This document shows positions 42,754-56,695 of a stretch of 64,000 bases of DNA, one piece after another. The notes beneath the pieces are model-generated. The model worked only from the letters and a program-made list of their open reading frames with translations. It was not told where the DNA came from and ran no database searches. The stretch is taken from the NCBI GenBank assembly GCA_951406725.2, contig OX597822.1, positions 7,192,001 through 7,256,000 of the forward strand, read 5' to 3'. The DNA comes from Octopus vulgaris. Taxonomy: Eukaryota. Position 1 is the stretch's first letter. Each line of letters begins with the position of its first letter. Made by a program: the position numbers and the translations under genes.

Positions 42754-42798
42754 TGAACTAGTACTTTCATGCATTGAATTCTGCAATCTTCGGGTTCA
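42754..42798 (-). ncRNA. Minimal hammerhead-like motif of the PLE pLTR (CCGAAGA variant)
   Basis: TGAAC-CCGAAGA-TTGCA-GAATTCAA-TGCAT-GAAA-GTAC-TA-GTTCA; palindromic AGTACT; the copy at 45882-45925 lacks one G. Confidence 0.7.
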
Positions 42799-43292
42799 TG
42801 TAGTAGTGTTGACAGTCATGCTTCACAATTTTTGACTGTAGCAAGATGAGTGATTCTGTGCTATAAATACAGCTGGGTAGGCTCCAGAGTGCTAGGTTTT
42901 GCAAACTGTATTCTGACCAATCAGTGTGTAGTGTCACTCAATTACTTAAGCTGATTGGTTGGTTGAGCTGATTGGTTTAGGCATCACGCTTTGTTGGACA
43001 GGTCAAGAGTCCTGTATCTTGACCCTGGCCGAAGCAGCAATTGTTGGGTTATTTTTAGAAATGTTGTAAATATCCTTTGTCAGAGATTTTTATATTTTTA
43101 TATTTCAATTGTCATCATCATCATTGTCAGCACCTTAATTATTGTTGCTAGTGGTGATGGTGGTGGCAATAGAACTTTTAACCCTAAATAAGATAATTTT
43201 CCTGCTATCTTCGTCTTGATCACCTTTAGTATTGTTGTTGTTGTTAGTGGTCATGGTCGTAGCAGTGGAAGTAATACCTCTAAGTATTATTA

Positions 43293-44700
43293 TTATTGCT
43301 TATTTAGCTTGGGTTCGAATTTATCAATAAAATTCTTTTCTCTGATTTTCCTCTCGATTTCACTTGGGCTGTGTAATTTGTAGAATGGAAATATTATATA
43401 TATTTTCCGACCACATGTTGCTAGGTGGTTACTCAAAGGTATCTGACGGACCTCTGGGTCTCTAATCTGTTGCCGGTGTACACGTGAGCGTTCTAATAGT
43501 GCGTTTCCCGTCTGACCTACATATATTTCTTCACAATTTGGGCATTTGATGCAGTAAATTAAATTTCTGCTTTTGCAGTTCATATTCGCGTTTGTGAATA
43601 TTTTCCCGGTTTTTGTGTTTATATATTGACCGGTATGTATGAATTGGCATGTGCCACATCGGCTATCATTGCATTTAGATACCGTGAATGTTTGGTCTTT
43701 GTTGCTGAGGTCAAATTTTGCCTTTGTTAGTAATGTTTTCAAGTTTTTAGGCTGTCTTTTACTAAGCACCATAGCTCGATCCTTGATTATGTCTTTTAAT
43801 TCATTACTTTGGGCAATAATGATTGGTAGGTTTGCTTTGGCAATGTTGAAGATATTCTGGTGACATGGGTTGTGTGTCACTATGAATGGTATGACTTGTT
43901 CTTGTTTTCCTCTTCCTTGGGTTGTCCTAAGTTGTTGTATAGGTATTTTTATAGCCCGCTGTATGCCATTTTCTATAAGTAGAGATGGGTATTTTTGTTT
44001 GAGCAAAAATTCTCTTAGTTCTATTAGGCGTTTGTTCCTGATATTTGCATCTTCTACAATAGTACAAATTCTTCTGGCTAGGCAGTATGGGATGTTACGT
44101 TTTGTATGTGGTGGATGGCACGACTTAAAATTTAGGTATTGATGTGTGTCTGTGTGTTTATAGTATATATCTGTGGTGATGGTGGTGTCTTTTTTAATTA
44201 CCATTATATCCAGGAATGGTAATTTGGTACTACTCATCTCCTTTGTAAATTTGAGAGATGGGTGTAGGTTGTTCAGGAGGATATTGAACTCTTCCAGAGT
44301 ATTTAGAGATTCTGTCCAGATTATGAAACAGTCGTCTAGGTATCTCTTCCATGCCTTTTCAATATACTTTCTAAATCCAGTGCCATAGTTTACCTCCACC
44401 TCTTGGTAGAGTTGTTCTTCTAAGTATCCCATTACAGAGTTGGCGTAAACGGGAGCAAACCTCGTTCCCATCGCCGTGCCTCTAATTTGGATGTAATTCT
44501 TTCCATTGAAGAAGAATGTGTTATTTTCTAGAATAAGTTTGACTGTGTCTAATATAAATGGCACTGTGAATCTGCTGGGAATCACTTCTCTATGTTTTTC
44601 TAACCAGTATTTAATCGCCTTTATTCCTAAATCGTGTGGAATATTGGTGTAGAGGCTTACCACATCAAAACTTAGTAAAACTGAATTTGTTTCTGTTGTT
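43293..44700 (-). CDS. PLE reverse transcriptase-GIY-YIG endonuclease, N-terminally truncated, open to the stop codon
   Basis: SFDVVSLYTNIP, GTAMGTRFAP, RYLDDCF, LPFLDI, YLNFKSCHP, CNDSRCGTC linker, LIYCIKCPNCEEIYVGQTG. Confidence 0.92.
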
Positions 44701-44730
44701 TTAAAAATACCTATAAAAATACCTATACAA

Positions 44731-45388
44731 TATAAAAATACCTATACAACAACTTAGGACAACCCAAGGAAGAGGAAAACAAGAACAAGTCATACCATTC
44801 ATAGTGACACACAACCCATGTCACCAGAATATCTTCAACATTGCCAAAGCAAACCTACCAATCATTGCCCAAAGTAATGAATTAAAAGACATAATCAAGG
44901 ATCGAGCTATGGTGCTTAGTAAAAGACAGCCTAAAAACTTGAAAACATTACTAACAAAGGCAAAATTTGACCTCAGCAACAAAGACCAAACATTCACGGT
45001 ATCTAAATGCAATGATAGCCGATGTGGCACATGCCAATTCATACATACCGGTCAATATATAAACACAAAAACCGGGAAAATATTCACAAACGCGAATATG
45101 AACTGCAAAAGCAGAAATTTAATTTACTGCATCAAATGCCCAAATTGTGAAGAAATATATGTAGGTCAGACGGGAAACGCACTATTAGAACGCTCACGTG
45201 TACACCGGCAACAGATTAGAGACCCAGAGGTCCGTCAGATACCTTTGAGTAACCACCTAGCAACATGTGGTCGGAAAATATATATAATATTTCCATTCTA
45301 CAAATTACACAGCCCAAGTGAAATCGAGAGGAAAATCAGAGAAAAGAATTTTATTGATAAATTCGAACCCAAGCTAAATAAGCAATAA
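44731..45388 (+). pseudogene. Inverted duplicate of the PLE linker and GIY-YIG coding region (no RT)
   Basis: 194-aa ORF identical to the C-terminus of 43293..44663 except for one Ile. Confidence 0.9.
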
Positions 45389-45705
45389 TAATAATACTTA
45401 GAGGTATTACTTCCACTGCTACGACCATGACCACTAACAACAACAACAATACTAAAGGTGATCAAGACGAAGATAGCAGGAAAATTATCTTATTTAGGGT
45501 TAAAAGTTCTATTGCCACCACCATCACCACTAGCAACAATAATTAAGGTGCTGACAATGATGATGATGACAATTGAAATATAAAAATATAAAAATCTCTG
45601 ACAAAGGATATTTACAACATTTCTAAAAATAACCCAACAATTGCTGCTTCGGCCAGGGTCAAGATACAGGACTCTTGACCTGTCCAACAAAGCGTGATGC
45701 CTAAA

Positions 45706-45819
45706 CCAATCAGCTCAACCAACCAATCAGCTTAAGTAATTGAGTGATACTACACACTGATTGGTCAGAATACAGTTTGCAAAACCTAGCACTCTGGAGC
45801 CTACCCAGCTGTATTTATA
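45706..45819 (+). promoter_or_regulatory. Putative pLTR promoter: CCAAT boxes and a TATA-like element upstream of the hammerhead
   Basis: CCAAT at 45706 and 45723, ATTGG at 45760, TATTTATA at 45812; mirrored at about 42860-42975. Confidence 0.45.
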
Positions 45820-46053
45820 GCACAGAATCACTCATCTTGCTACAGTCAAAATTGTGAAGCATGACTGTCAACACTACTACATGAACCCGAAGATTGCAGA
45901 ATTCAATGCATGAAATACTAGTTCAATCAGAATGAATATTTAACATTCTACTATTTCATTTTATTTTATTCAATTATAATATATTATCTTATAATATATC
46001 ATTATAAGATTGTAAATAAAACGTGAAAATCAGACAAGGTTGGAATTCTTTTA

Positions 46054-46226
<173 letters not shown>

Positions 46227-48198
46227 TATTCTATTTCTATTATGTTGATGCGTTTTCGTATTCTCTAACTATTCGGATGGATATTTAAGGCACATACCTG
46301 GAATTAAGAGAAAAAATGTTCTTGTGTCCCACCATGGCCTCTAGTTTTGGGCGACTATGCATATAAAGGTAAAGTAACACCCACAGCTACTTACTAAGAT
46401 TATTTCATTTTCATTTAACAATACGTCGATATATTCATTCGTGGTGTAGTCTTCTATCCACCAATAAATCTATCTAGAGATACATTGAGAGATTGAAGAT
46501 ATAGAAACGTTTAAACATTGCAATCTTTAACAGCTAAATTTTATTTTTATTGTGTGTCACAATATTCTACCACATTACATTTAGAATCATGTTACTGCTT
46601 TCCACTTTGGCCTTCCTTTCAGCCAACACTTACTCATTATCTCTCTCTTTTTGCCTGCCTCTCCCTTCAACTATACCACATATTCCTGCGCTTACCATGT
46701 TTCTATTTCTGTTCTTTCTTCAAGTAACTAACAACGCCACTCTCTCTCTTTCTTTTTGCATCTCCCTTGAGCTAAACCCATGACAGCGTAACGTATTCAG
46801 TCTTAGCGTGAAGACAATAACAGTAACCGTTTGGCAAATGGCAGCCATGGTCGGGAGAGAGATAATCGATTTCATTTACACCAGTACTTAATCAGTATTT
46901 ATTATACCGACTTTAAATGAATGGCATATAAAATCGACCTCGGCGGCATTTGAGCTCAGAACGTACACCTGATCTAAGCTCGTATCAATATACCACTGCA
47001 AGTCCTCAAATTAATCTCCTCTCCTTCTACGGCACAACACAACATTGAAGCCTCTGTATCAATTCCGTGGCTCATTAGCGGATAGGTGGACGCATTTTAT
47101 CCTTCGAGTAATTGACGCTATCGTTCTAACTGCTTTATAGTTGGAATTTCTGGGAACATTAACAGTTTATAACCCACATATCTAACTTCTAAAGTTACAA
47201 AAGAGAAGCTTCGGTGATTGTATTATGTTGGCATAGAACTTCTACTCATATAATTAATAATATTTGTCCATAGAAAAATCTTCTTGTGTCTTTCACTCAT
47301 ACAAACTAATACTTTGTAAATATAAAGAAATGCATAAATATTTTTGCACAGCAAAATTCGGCGACCTTGGAAGGAATATTTATTGCACTATTTAAAAAAG
47401 ATCGAAGATGCATGGCAACAATGTTCTCATCGTTGTGGAAGTAAAACTTTTCGATGTATTATAATATTAATGTAGTTATTTTGGTTTTGAAGTTGCAACG
47501 AAACTACAGGAAAATCTAATTAAAAATATGACACAAATGAACAATGAAAATTAAATAATTGCCCATTTCAAAAGGAAAAGAAGTAAACTTCTTTTCCAGA
47601 CCTGTTATTGTGTGAATTTTCTTTTATTTATAGATGACAATTTCATTGCAAATATTTCTTGAAGTGTGTGAAAGGCAGATACGGAAGACACTTCTTCATA
47701 TGTTGTTGTAGAAAACGCGTCAAAAAGAAAGATTGCGTGCTGAACATCTTCTGAAAGGCAAAAATAAGTAAATATTCATTAACTTCGTCAGATATATGGA
47801 GGAAATTGTCATCTTCAAAACTACAATATTTATTTAACTGTCATTTTGCCTTTGAGTTAAACAGTTCTTATCTATTCACGGTTTGACAAATACCCGTGTT
47901 ACAAGAACTGTATTTAAAAATAGTTATTAAGTTTTTGTAGAAATGAAGTGTCAGAAGTTTCGCACTTGCATAATCAAGTATCCATCCATCAAAGTGAGAG
48001 AAACTGTCAAAATTACTATGCTATCTACGAAGACGCACAGACGAAAAACAAACACACATAAGAAATCAAATATGCATATAATGGTGTATATATATATATA
48101 TATATATTTGCGTGTGTATTTGCATACACGTGTGCTTCATCCTGTATAATATATACGCATATATGTGCAAGGATTTGAGTGTATACATATGTGTATGC

Positions 48199-48231
<33 letters not shown>

Positions 48232-48319
48232 TATAAGCATATATATATATACATATGTATATGCATATATACATATGTATATGCATATATATATATATAT
48301 ATATGTATGTATATATGTA

Positions 48320-48350
<31 letters not shown>

Positions 48351-50329
48351 ATGCATATACATATGCATGCATGTAAATATCTGTCTATGCTTTTCCGTAT
48401 ATGTGTATGCGTCTGTGCATTTGTAAATACTATACAACATTAAACCATAAACCTACTGAAAGAGATATATAGAACGTTCTGTTATAGCTTGTTCCACAAA
48501 CTGGCAGTAAACGATAGTCTACCATTTCTACGCACAGTTTGGGTGCAGGCATGTGTCTCGTTAAGTATATACATGATTCTCCCTTTCCTCCAGGCGTGTT
48601 TACTCTCGTCTCACATCGACGAGTGCGATTCGAAATTTACTGGACAGAAAATACGCGGAAGCCTACTGGTTTGGTGTTAATTATTTTCCTGTATGGTGAA
48701 TTTAATCCAAAACCTAATATCCTAATGTCACCTGATGGCTATGCTTAAATCGAAGTTTACATCTTTGCAATCATTTGCTCATCTGTTTAAAGGTGACGCA
48801 TTTCTGTTTTTTTTGCCAACCAGCTGTGGAAATTACTTTTAAGTCATGCTTACAACCTTTTCCATTTTTAACTGAGGATTATCCGCGTCTACTATAGATC
48901 ATTAAAATAAATATTTGAGTGTGGATATTTGGGAGTCCAGCGAAGACGTTTGCTTCGCAGATATTTGGCCGAGCTTGGCCACATAGTATTTTTGGGAATC
49001 CTGATATGATATGGTCTGGAGTGTCAGACCAGATTAACGGTGATAAAAGATCTCGTTGCTTAAGTGCATGAAAGCCCATCTGATGGACTAGATTATCTTA
49101 TTGGAAGTGTAGAGGATTTAGTCGCTTTGCATTGTGACAGACCCAGATCGTATTTATCTTGGTTTGTTTTATTAGATTTCATACATGCGCAAATGACTCA
49201 GCTTCCTTCACTGGCGATGCGATGGAAAGTTAACAGTCACTGTACGCAGCAGGGGCTACTGTCAGAGCATCCGTTTTAATAGCGCCATAAATGTATCATT
49301 AGGAATTTGGCCAGAGTATATTATCATTTAACAATAGTTTAATGCAGAAAACAGTAAACCACATTTTGATGCAACAGTAGTTAACGTTATTGAACATGCA
49401 TTTGTAATCATTCAGTACTCTAACTTCCATGTTAAACGATTCGAAGATTACATGTAGCTGGTCCATATGACGATTATTCTACTATACTAAACACGAGCAG
49501 AATTTGTTTTCAATGAAGATCACACATGCATATCGATTAGCTCCATAATAACTTTCAGATACATTGGGGGATACGAAATCGGCAGTGCTAGTATACAAGA
49601 AAATATTGGTATATTAAAATACTTAAAACGTTGTGTAAACTACGTTTGCAAGACATATTTACATTTCATTAACTTGTGAAATCAAGCGCTGAATGCTATT
49701 GCAACAGGAGCCAACTTTTGGCAATATTTGAATGATTGAGAAATTACCAAAATAATTCAGGCATTAGATATGTTGTGTCATAGGCTCTAGCGTATGCAAT
49801 GAATGACGCTCAGTGGAAGCAGTACAGAATTGATTGGGAAAACTAAGTAAAAAATCATTATGTCACACGGCAAGGTCTCGTTCTACATTAGTCAAGTTCA
49901 TGTGCTTTCTTCATGACTACTACTACGGGCTTATCTGGAAAAACCTCTCCTTAAAAGACAAAGGTAAGAGTCGGCTGAATTGATAACGTGGGGAATATTT
50001 TCTATGCATTCCATCTGCGGGAATTGTTGTTACAACGAATCATCTTGGGGAGAACATTGATTCGGTGATGTCTTCCGAATGATTATTTATATTACACAAA
50101 CACTACGAGACACTTACATGCATTTATAACATACATACACACATACATGAATTCGAACACAAGCACTCCCATATATTCATTCACATACTTCCATTTGTGT
50201 GTCTGTATGTCTGTATGTCTGTTTGTCTCTCAAATAATTAGTCATTCAATCAATGTGTCAATCAGCCTATCTATCAATCTATCGTTCGGTCCATCTAATT
50301 GTCTACACATGTATCCCTTTCTGTATATA

Positions 50330-50636
50330 TCATATATATATACGTACATACATACATGCATACATACGTATACATACATACATATATACATACATACATA
50401 CATACATGCATGCATGCATACATACATACATACATACATATACATACATACATATACATACATACATACATAAATACATACATACATATATACATACATA
50501 CATACATGCATGCATGCATGCATACATACATACATACATACATATACATACATATACATACATACATATATACATGCATACATACATACATGCATACATA
50601 CATACATACATACATACATACATACATACATACATA
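50330..50636. repeat. (TACA)n microsatellite
   Basis: Read directly from sequence. Confidence 0.95.
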
Positions 50637-51604
50637 CCACAAGCTCTGGATGAAATCTATATAAGAATATACTATATTTAAATGCACGTGCAATTTAGAA
50701 GAAACCTACACTTCGCAGAACGCCATAGTCACCGATAATAAATTTGTGCGACCTATTAGGGCTATACACCATTTGTATAAATATAACCGTTGCCCTCGTG
50801 ATATTGTTTTTGTTATCATGAACTTCCTCGTGATGGGCATCACCGTTGTCAGGCAACGTCTCTTCGCCCTCCTTCTCTTCATCATCATCATTATTATTAT
50901 CAACCACAACAACAATAATCATCCCATTCCCCCTCTTCCGTGTAATTTTAAGGATTTGATAGAAATAAACCCCTCGCCCAACGGACAATTATCGTAACAA
51001 ATATGGCTATATGTATTCTCCGAAGACAAGATTCGTTTTACAAATCTGGAACACTTTGGTGATAGGTATACTTGAAGAGACCTGAAGATTAAGAACAACA
51101 ACTTGAGGTAAACTGGCGGAATGCATCGAGGTATTCGTAACTCTGCGCAAGAATTTCGGATTCTGCTGCAGTAAACTTGCAGCCTTTCGGCACCGAGGAA
51201 ACGGTTACAATGAAAACTGGCGTATTGATGGAGCCAAAAGAATTTTGAACATCACGTCTGGTGATTTTTACTCTAGCCCCTTTCGTTCTAATCCAGAATT
51301 CTCTGACTGACTATGATATCCTCATGGAATGTGATCAAATGAATTTTATTTTTAAACATTGTCCATCATGGAGTCCACACACGTCTTTCGTGATTGTCTG
51401 GATCCCATTGTTTAAAAAGCTTTAGATATCCTTTACGAGAAGGGGTATGCTTGGCGGTTCATTCAGTTTAACATCAGGGTCTGGTACACAAATTAATTTG
51501 AGCCGAGACTAATCTGTTACAAACGTTTTAGCAAGGGTTCTGATTTTGTGATATACTTCTTGTACTCTCGATTGATAGTGTGGCCCTTTTGAAAATATAG
51601 TATA

Positions 51605-51984
51605 GGAGCACTCCGTCGGTTGCGACGATGAGGGTCCCAGCTGATACGATCAACGGAACAGCTTGCTCGCGATATTAACGTGCAAGTGGCTGAGCACTCC
51701 ACAGACACGTGTACCCTTAACGTAGTTCTCCAGGAGATTCAGCGTGACACAGTGTGACAAGGCTGGCCCTTTGAAATACAGGTACAAGAGAAACAGGAAG
51801 GAAGAGTGAGAGAAAGTTGTGGTGAAAGAGTACAGCAGGGTTCACAACCACCCCCTGCCGGAGCCCCGTGTAGCTTTAGGTGTTTTCGCTCAATAAACAC
51901 ACACAACGCCCGGTCTGGGAATCGAAACCGCGATCCTACGACCGCAAGTCCGCTGCCCTAACCACTAGGCCATTGCGCCTCCAC
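51605..51984 (-). mobile_element. Full-length SINE family C
   Basis: Reverse complement shares about 190 bp of head and body with 16939 but has a different tail. Confidence 0.85.
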
Positions 51985-54689
51985 AGGAATAGATTATAAT
52001 TGTTATTATTTTCATTACTGCAGGAGCAAAAGAAAATAATTTAGTTTAGAGTAGAAATTCATCACTCGACTATCCCAAAATATCAAAATTTACATATCTA
52101 TTCAACTAAAGATAGCTCCATAAAATAAAGGCAACCAAAATCTTAAAGCGTCAAAATCAAATATAAACAAATAGAAATCCATTTTCCCTTATGTGTTTCT
52201 TTTTCCTTTTACTTGGTTTTTGATTAGATATTTGTTAAGAAACAAATGTCAGAGTTGTCAGAATTTTGCCACTGCAAATTACACAGGTCTGCATAAGAAA
52301 GAGCTAATTACCAAAGGGTGAATGCCAACATTCAATTATTGATTCAATTTTGATTTTTCTATATAAACATAGCAGAGATTCGATCTAACTTTAAATATTA
52401 ATAGAACTGAAAATAAAATGAATTTTAGCAGCCATATTGAGAAAAATGTGTTACTTGGACACTTTATTTTATTAAAATTTAAAATCAGATTTAGAATATT
52501 TCGAGGGCATGTCTGCAAGAATGGTTAATTAATCTCTCTACAGGCGCATTGTATTTATTCTGAGCACCATGGCTAGGAGACATGAAAATTTTGTTGACCA
52601 AGTAACATTTAGACGTGGATTTGTTATAAGATTAAATCAAGACAGTATTATAAAAATTCAAGAAATGAATTGCTAAGAACGCGAAACAAGAGAGAAAAGG
52701 AATAATAACAAAATATATAATTAAACAAAACAAAACTAAAGGATAACTATAATGGCTATCAAATAAAATATACAAGTACTAAAATAAATTTTTAAAAAGC
52801 AGCTAATGCTTAACAATGTGATTGTTAGCTACGGCTTTCTTGAATGATAAGATAGCTTAAAAATAAAAAGCGGGAATAGTAAACACTTCACATACAGCTT
52901 CCGTTCTTTCCCTCATAAGGATTCCTGGCGGTTATGCTGCTAAGAAAGGAACTGTATGTTGTTACTTCCATGCCTTCTTTGAGGAAATTAGTGATATATT
53001 CATTCTTGACATGCAAACGGAAATACATTCTTTTTAATGGAGCAAATTTCTACATCCATTTGTTTTAATGTACAACATTACGGGAAGACAAATAAATTCT
53101 CTTGAATGTGGATTGACTTCTTCGAAATAACAGGCCGAAACTTCCTCGTATCGTTGCTCGCTAACAGAATGGTAACCACCTATTTTACTCTGTCGATATA
53201 TATCGTTTGAAGTATATCTGCCAAAGCTGAAATAACGAAATTGATGTTAGCCACGGCATGCCCGATTAGAAATTCAATAAATAAATATAATAAAATAAAT
53301 TAAAATCATCTCCATGGGCATAAAAAAGACCCCCATGTATCATAAACCTGTTTTTCGCATTTCTAGTAGATTAGCATTGTATCAGATAGGTCAATGAGTG
53401 TAATTGACACTTCAAACATGTGGCAGAGGTATAAAATAGACTTGAGTTTTGACAGTAACACGGAAGGGATATTTTGTTGTTATTTCCAACAGAACGAATG
53501 CCTACGTCGGCCCTTGATCCTTAATGCTGGTTTCCCTCTTTATTTCTATTTGAACTGAGAACCATCGATAATGAAACTGGTTGCCCTGTACTATTAATTA
53601 TCAAATATATATATTCTTTATCTAGTATAGTATAACTCTAACTACGAAGCAATAATATCTTCTTTCGTTCCTTAAACGGTTAAGGTGCGATGTAGGTACA
53701 ATTGTTGATATTTAATGAGTATCGAGTAACTATTTAGATGTTGCTTGGTCGCAGTAATATGACAGCGATGACGATGAAAACGACATGGACGACGTGGCGA
53801 CGACGACTACGACGATGAATCGAGGACACGACGACGACGACACGACAACGGCGACGACGCGGATGACGATGATAATCTTCATGATGAAACTCCATAATCT
53901 TCTTCAAATTTATGGTTATAACCATCTTGCTTCTGATCACTATTACGACCATCCCGACGAAGTTCATGATCACGATCATGGTCATCATCATAATCATTAG
54001 CAGCAGCTCGGCTAGATAACAACACAGCTACAACCCACACGCCACCATCACCACCATCTGTACCATATTCATTATCCATCATTACCATCATCATAATTGC
54101 AGCATCATACCATGATCATTCTAAATACCGTCAAAATAATGATTACTATGAAAACGTTGACGCATGATATAATTTTGGAGAATATAATAACACAGGCTAT
54201 CTCAAAATCGTCTATGTTAGCAATGAAGTCTATTGTGGTCATCATGGTGATGATGCTGGTGATAACGGTGACGACGAGGGTAATAATGATGGCGAGGGGG
54301 ATCTGGAGAAGGAAGAAGTGGAGGAGAAAGAAATCGTGATTGCTTTTATGATTCCAATGACATTGCAGCGGCTGAAGTCCTTGACGGCATTACGATTACT
54401 ATTCTTGTTGATGTTTATTATACTACAGTATTGAAGAAGGTGGCGGTAAGGAGCATGGAATTAACGCCGAAGATAATAATAGGGTATGTTTGGGAGTGAA
54501 GATGATATTCATGAGGGTAGAGGTGGAAATGTTTGCTGTGATTGCGTCGAAGATGATCATTCTAAATTTAATTCTGGTGACGATGGCGATAATGACGATG
54601 ATGGCAAATGTTTGTACTGGTTTAATATTAGAAATACTTGTTTACAAATCGTTAACAAACGCCATATAGTTTTCTAGAGACAGAGAACT

Positions 54690-55140
54690 CTTGACTTGTA
54701 TTGGAGTTATTAGCAGAAGCACAAGGCAGTGATTCCTGTCGCAGCGTTGTGAGTCGCATCTCGATAAAGACTGCTTGGTATAGCGACTAGATCAGAAAGC
54801 ATTATTATTATTGTTGTTGTTGTGGTTGTTGTTATTATCATTATTGCAAGACATCGATATTTGCATGGGATTTCCATGCCTTAAGAAATGTTGAAGATTC
54901 AATGGGATTGAACCCAACGCTCCGATCACCACCGTTATCACTTTTACATTACCCTGTCGCATTCCATACAGCCTTGCCATTTCCACTTTCAATTCGGTGT
55001 ACTTGGTGAATTTTTTCAACCATTTTACTTACAACATTCATGGCATTTGATATAGCTACATCAATGATTTGACAGTATTTGTCTCTTATATTCAATATAA
55101 CAATATCCGGGCAATGGGAATCTATTTACACGATCTGTCT
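54690..55140 (-). mobile_element. Decayed R4/Dong-like 3' fragment
   Basis: KFTKYTELKVEMARLY...VKVITVVIGALGSIP; next to (TAA)n. Confidence 0.7.
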
Positions 55141-55192
55141 GAAAAAATATTTACTAATCCAAAAACTCAACGATGTGAACATCAGTATATAC

Positions 55193-55305
<113 letters not shown>

Positions 55306-55334
55306 TGTTTGTTTGTTTTTTCTATCAGTAATTA

Positions 55335-56695
55335 AAAATAGAACAAGGTGAACTGGTTCTTTTAGAGACCGAGGCCAGCGCTCTCATTGATCGCTAGTAG
55401 TAGTAAACACACTTGACCTCTGCTGAGCCCAAGAGTTTGCGGGCTCTTGTGTCTCTTTATCGTACAGGAGTGCCTAATGCTGATCTCATTACCATCTACC
55501 GAATGTATTTACAGACCTATATAATTTGGTCTATTCACCAAGCTGCTTCCCTTTCTCCTACTCTCAAGACGGTTAGAAAACCATATTTTCTTAAGCCCAG
55601 TATTCTTTACCTACCTTATCTCTTTTCATGGGAGCGTTTCAGATTCTTCTCAATCACCAGAAGTGTTGATTTTAATCAGCAATTTTCACCGCCATTCAGT
55701 ACTCAGTTTAGTCGGTCTGCAGTCATTGTACGCCTTTCAATAAAAATTTTCCTCTTCATTGGAATTTCCTACAGGCGCCTTTCTATCCAGAACAAGCTTC
55801 TACGATATACCCTGGATTATAGACATAAAATTTTTAAATGCCATGTCGATGCCAGCTGTCCAGAGATGTTGAATGAGAATCTTTTTTTAAGATCTATTTT
55901 TCAATCAATTTCCGGTCTGCTTAACGAAGTTTCAAATTCGATAGATTTCGGGTATTAAACATAGTGTGTTGATTGCAGATTCCTTTGGTCCATACTTAAT
56001 CAGCACTATGATATTGTGATCTGAGACTAGCGTCGGTGTCACTTTCACATTATAGATAAGATCCATATTGTTCGGGATGCAGAGAGCAAGTATATTGTTT
56101 CCTCTGGTTCGTTCGATTACCAATGTGGTCCAACTAACTCAATGTATAACGTGTTAGTGATGATGAGGAAGCGTTTCCACCTATCTTTTACGCATCACGT
56201 CATTCTTAAAAAGAAAAACATTCTTCAGGCCGTCCTACTCTACGCAAACTGAAATCCCCTATGAGAAATACACTGATGTGTTGTTTTTATCTAGTTAGGA
56301 CAATAATCTTATTTTTGCAAGGTAGCCTTAAAATCTTCCCGATTTAGAGCATCCGGTGGACTGTAAATCGTTCATATAACCTTGTAGTGCTGTCTTATAT
56401 GTACAATTAAAGCTGTACACACTGCTTTTCAGTATGCCGAAAGGACACATGGCGTGAGGTTTTCACAGAGTAAATTGCAACTACACCCTGAGTCATGACT
56501 TTTTTGTCAGTTCGCGATATAACATAGGAGTGTAAGTGTATTCTATATTTGCGATATCAGCTTTTAAGAGATATTTCGGTGAGTGCTATGCATAAAGCTT
56601 GACTATATGCGATATTGTCTCTCAGGAAATAAATCTTGGTTCTGTTGCTGACTTGCAACTTTCCTCTAATATTTAGTGAGAGTATCGATGTGACA
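55335..56695 (-). mobile_element. Decayed LINE APE-endonuclease region (CR1/L2/Jockey-type)
   Basis: Minus-strand fragments in correct order: ILSLNIRG, CIALTE, IYSPPD, IGDF, VSDHNII. Confidence 0.7.

Noticed and set aside
42991-43191. Identical 66-aa ORF present twice (also 45490-45690)
   Set aside because: It is an antisense frame in the PLE 3' UTR, duplicated only because of the inverted repeat.
47300-53400. Faint Tc1/mariner-like coding remnants (47340-47605, 48850-49270, 51050-51500, 52800-53360)
   Set aside because: Motifs too decayed to define boundaries or family by eye.
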